Below are positions 61,162 through 64,000 of a stretch of 64,000 nt of DNA, piece by piece. Positions within the stretch are counted from its first letter, which is position 1; the number at the start of each line of letters is the position of its first letter. Below the pieces are notes generated by a model. The model was not told the origin of the DNA. It made no database searches and saw only the letters and a list, made by a program, of their open reading frames with translations. This DNA comes from an uncultured Aliarcobacter sp. GTDB taxonomy: Bacteria > Campylobacterota > Campylobacteria > Campylobacterales > Arcobacteraceae. The translations under genes and the position numbers were made by a program. The stretch is from NCBI GenBank assembly GCA_963677435.1, contig OY781945.1, forward strand, positions 1,504,001 to 1,568,000, in the 5' to 3' direction.

Positions 61162-61725
61162 TTATTTAGTTTTTCTCATGTTCCAAAAGCTACTTTTATT
61201 TAAAAAGTCTGGTCCATCGTAAACACTTTTTAAATCAGATATGGTGTATACAGCTTTTTGGTCAAGCTCATTAATAAGGCGTATAAGTTTTGGAATGTTT
61301 CGTCTTCTTTCAACGATAAATAATACTTCAACTGCCTTGTCAACTCCCATATCACCATCAACTGAGACTACTTTGTAACCTTCTTCTCTTATTTTAAGTG
61401 CTAAAATATCACGATTAAATGAGATACAACGAATTAATTCTTTTCCGATAGCAAAACGACTTTCAATCCACATACCAACATAAATACCAGTCGCAAAACC
61501 AGCAGAATAAGCTAAGGCTAAATGCCATTGATCAAGATTTTTTAATACCATTCCTGCAGCAATTAACCAAATACTGATTTCAACAAAACCAATCATAGAT
61601 GATAATAGTTTGTATCCACGAAATATAACAATAGTACGAAATGTCCCTAAAGATACATCTGCAACTCTTGATAAAAAGATTAGTATTGCCAATAAATAGG
61701 GATATTCAACTATGAATTCAGCCAT
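61162..61725 (-). CDS. DUF2179/DUF5698 membrane protein
   Basis: 'RVADVSLGTFR', 'GFVE..IW', 'AYSAGFATG.YVG'. Confidence 0.85.
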   Translation of the reverse strand: MAEFIVEYPYLLAILIFLSRVADVSLGTFRTIVIFRGYKLLSSMIGFVEISIWLIAAGMVLKNLDQWHLALAYSAGFATGIYVGMWIESRFAIGKELIRCISFNRDILALKIREEGYKVVSVDGDMGVDKAVEVLFIVERRRNIPKLIRLINELDQKAVYTISDLKSVYDGPDFLNKSSFWNMRKTK

Positions 61726-62057
61726 TTTTATCTCTTAATTTGTTTTTCATTTGATTTCCTTTTATAAATTTTTTTAGGCAGAACTTTATTGAGGAAGTAT
61801 TAGTTCCCAAGATAGCTGTGATTATGTATATTTTTTTTGTTAAGTATTTAAGAGTTTTAAAATTAAAATTCTAAGGACAAAAGTCAAAGGATAGGATGAT
61901 TTATTATATAAGTAACAGTTTTTTTCTCTAATTAGAGTTCTTTCTTTTTATAATCAATTCCAGATAGTGTTTCCATTCTATCACAATAATTTTGTATTCT
62001 TGATGCAAAGGTAGATATTTAGTTCCTTTTGTTATATGTAAATTGATATAATTTCCC

Positions 62058-62942
62058 ATGGAAAATATAGAAGAATTTTATAAAAGAACAACTAATCCTT
62101 TACCAAAAGATTTAAATAATAGTATTGGTCATTTTAATGTATTTAAAAGAACAGCTTGTATAGATATACCTTACAGTAGAAAAAATTACTTTAAAATTAC
62201 ACTTTTAAAAGGTGCAAATAAAATACATTATGCTGATAAAACCCTTGAGAGCCAAAAATATGCTTTAATGTTTTCAGATCCAATAGTTCCATATAGTTGG
62301 GAATCATTAGATGGTAAAAAAGAGGGATCTTTTTGTATTTTTACAGAAGAGTTTTTTTTAGGTTATGGAGCGATTAGAAATTATCCTTTGTTTAATATAG
62401 ATGGAAACAAAGTTTTTTTATTGAATGAGCAGAGTTTAGAAGAAGTAGAAAAAATATTTGAAAAAATGTTTGAAGAGAAAAATACCCAATATGCTTTTAA
62501 AGATGATATGTTAAGAAATTTAACTTTAGCACTTATTCATTTAGCTATGAAAATGCAACCTGCAAAAAAAATACAAAATAGTTTACCCGATAAAAGAAGT
62601 AAAATCTCTTCACTTTTTAGTGAATTGTTAAACAGACAATTTCCAATAAACTTGCCCTATGAAAGATTGGATTTAAAAGCACCAAGCGATTATGCAAAAT
62701 CTCTTAATATTCATACCAATCATTTAAATAGAACTTTAAAAGAGGTGACTTCTAAAACTACAACAGAATTAATTGCTTCAAGAATTTTAGAAGAGGCAAA
62801 AATTTTACTTAAACACAGTAACTGGAATATCAATGAAATCTCTTACTCTTTAGGTTATGAAGATTCAGCTCACTTTATAAACTTTTTTAAAAAAAGAGTT
62901 AATCAAACACCATATTCTTATCGAACTTTACAAAATATTTGA
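62058..62942 (+). CDS. AraC-family transcriptional regulator
   Basis: 'PYSRKNYFKI', 'PSDYA..L.IH.NHLNR', 'EISYSLGYED.AHF.NFFKK....TP'; extended -10 directly before ATG. Confidence 0.92.
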   Translation: MENIEEFYKRTTNPLPKDLNNSIGHFNVFKRTACIDIPYSRKNYFKITLLKGANKIHYADKTLESQKYALMFSDPIVPYSWESLDGKKEGSFCIFTEEFFLGYGAIRNYPLFNIDGNKVFLLNEQSLEEVEKIFEKMFEEKNTQYAFKDDMLRNLTLALIHLAMKMQPAKKIQNSLPDKRSKISSLFSELLNRQFPINLPYERLDLKAPSDYAKSLNIHTNHLNRTLKEVTSKTTTELIASRILEEAKILLKHSNWNINEISYSLGYEDSAHFINFFKKRVNQTPYSYRTLQNI

Positions 62943-63033
62943 TTTGAGCAATTTTTAGCTTGATACTCGCATCAATAAAATTTTTATTACTTGATACAAT
63001 TTAACATATATAATACAAAGGTGGTAATAAACA

Positions 63034-64000
63034 ATGATTACTAAAAAACAAATTTTTGTAATGTCTGCAACAGCAGGTATTAGTGTTGCAAATATCTATT
63101 ATAATCAACCAATTTTAAATGACATTGCCAAAGACTTAAATGTAAGTCACTTAGCTGTAGGAAATCTACCTACATTTTCTCAAATTGGTTATGGATTAGG
63201 ACTATTTTTTGTAAGTCCACTTGGTGATAAAATAGATAGAAAAAAACTACTTATAATTTTACATTTATTATTGGGTTTATCATTAGTTGGTTTATCTTTT
63301 ATAAATAATATGGTTGTACTTTATACTTTGAGTCTTTTAGTTGGATTATTTGCAGTTTCTGCACAAGTGGTTATTCCAATGGCAGCTTCTATGAGTGGAA
63401 AAGATAAAGGAAGAGTTGTAGGAACTATATTTAGTGGATTATTAACAGGGATACTATTAGCAAGAACACTAAGTGGTTATGTAACAGATTGGTTTGATAA
63501 TTGGCATGCAGTATTTGCATTATCTGCGATATTTGTATTTGCTACTATATTCTTTATTTCAAAAACATTACCAAATATGGAAGCTCATTTTGAGAACAGT
63601 TATTTTTCACTTTTAAAATCTTCAATTTACCAGCTCAAAAGATTCTCACTTTTAAGAAGAAATACTTTATTAATTGCTGTCTCATTTGGAGTATTTTGTT
63701 CTTTTTGGACAACCCTAACTTTTAAATTAAGCGAAGCGCCTTTTAATTACGACAGTGATGTTATTGGACTATTTGGAGTATTAGCAGTTGCAGGGGCAAT
63801 GTTGGCTCCATATATTGGAAAACTATCTGATAAGATAAATGCGAATGGAATAAAATTAATTTCTGTATTAATGTTAATAGCTAGTATACTTTTAATTAGA
63901 GTGTTTGATACAAGCTTATACGCCTTTATTGCAGCAATTTTACTTTTAGATATAGGTTTTCAAGCAATTCAAATCAATAACTTATCACAAATATATGGTT
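63034..64000 (+). CDS. MFS transporter, 3'-truncated by window edge (absent from the ORF track)
   Basis: ATG 63034; 'VANIYYNQPIL', 'QIGYGLGL...PLGDKIDRK', 'GILLARTLSG'. Confidence 0.88.
   Translation, partial: MITKKQIFVMSATAGISVANIYYNQPILNDIAKDLNVSHLAVGNLPTFSQIGYGLGLFFVSPLGDKIDRKKLLIILHLLLGLSLVGLSFINNMVVLYTLSLLVGLFAVSAQVVIPMAASMSGKDKGRVVGTIFSGLLTGILLARTLSGYVTDWFDNWHAVFALSAIFVFATIFFISKTLPNMEAHFENSYFSLLKSSIYQLKRFSLLRRNTLLIAVSFGVFCSFWTTLTFKLSEAPFNYDSDVIGLFGVLAVAGAMLAPYIGKLSDKINANGIKLISVLMLIASILLIRVFDTSLYAFIAAILLLDIGFQAIQINNLSQIYG

Noticed and set aside
61718..61750. 10-codon uORF MKNKLRDKNG with SD AAGGA overlapping the DUF2179 start
   Set aside because: Could be chance or a one-base slip in an N-terminal extension; no second example to support it
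1..64000. CRISPR array, tRNA/rRNA, IS element or prophage
   Set aside because: No regularly spaced repeats, GC-rich structural RNA, transposase, integrase or phage structural genes recognised by eye

Overview
AT-rich bacterial chromosomal segment. Gene content (Pgp1/Csd4-type M99 peptidase, FlaG-like protein, many sensor/GGDEF proteins, aceEF-lpdA) suggests Campylobacterota, most likely Arcobacteraceae; this is inference, not a database result. It is mostly housekeeping and transport genes (sfsA, plsC-like, glnII, greA/B, mdh, lipA, aceE/aceF/lpdA, uvrA, argC, Kef-type antiporter, MFS/APC transporters). No rRNA, tRNA, CRISPR array or intact mobile element was recognised. Highlights: (1) a tightly coupled minus-strand operon at 53.1-59.2 kb, PLP-dependent histidine/serine-decarboxylase-like enzyme -> dCache hybrid histidine kinase -> REC-GGDEF cyclase, which looks like a self-contained amine 'make-and-sense' c-di-GMP signalling circuit; (2) three sigma54-like -24/-12 motifs at 7-14 kb in front of a hemerythrin, an AAA+/VWA module whose HExxH has become HTxxH, and a nitrogenase-associated ArsC-like gene, with a type II glutamine synthetase in between; (3) short upstream ORFs sharing an R-x-L-N-F motif that overlap the start codons of both CNNM/CorB Mg2+-transporter paralogs; (4) two decaying accessory loci (FRG plus ORF6N pseudogene; frameshifted HEPN-like gene), a probable ATT-initiated gene and several leaderless genes.
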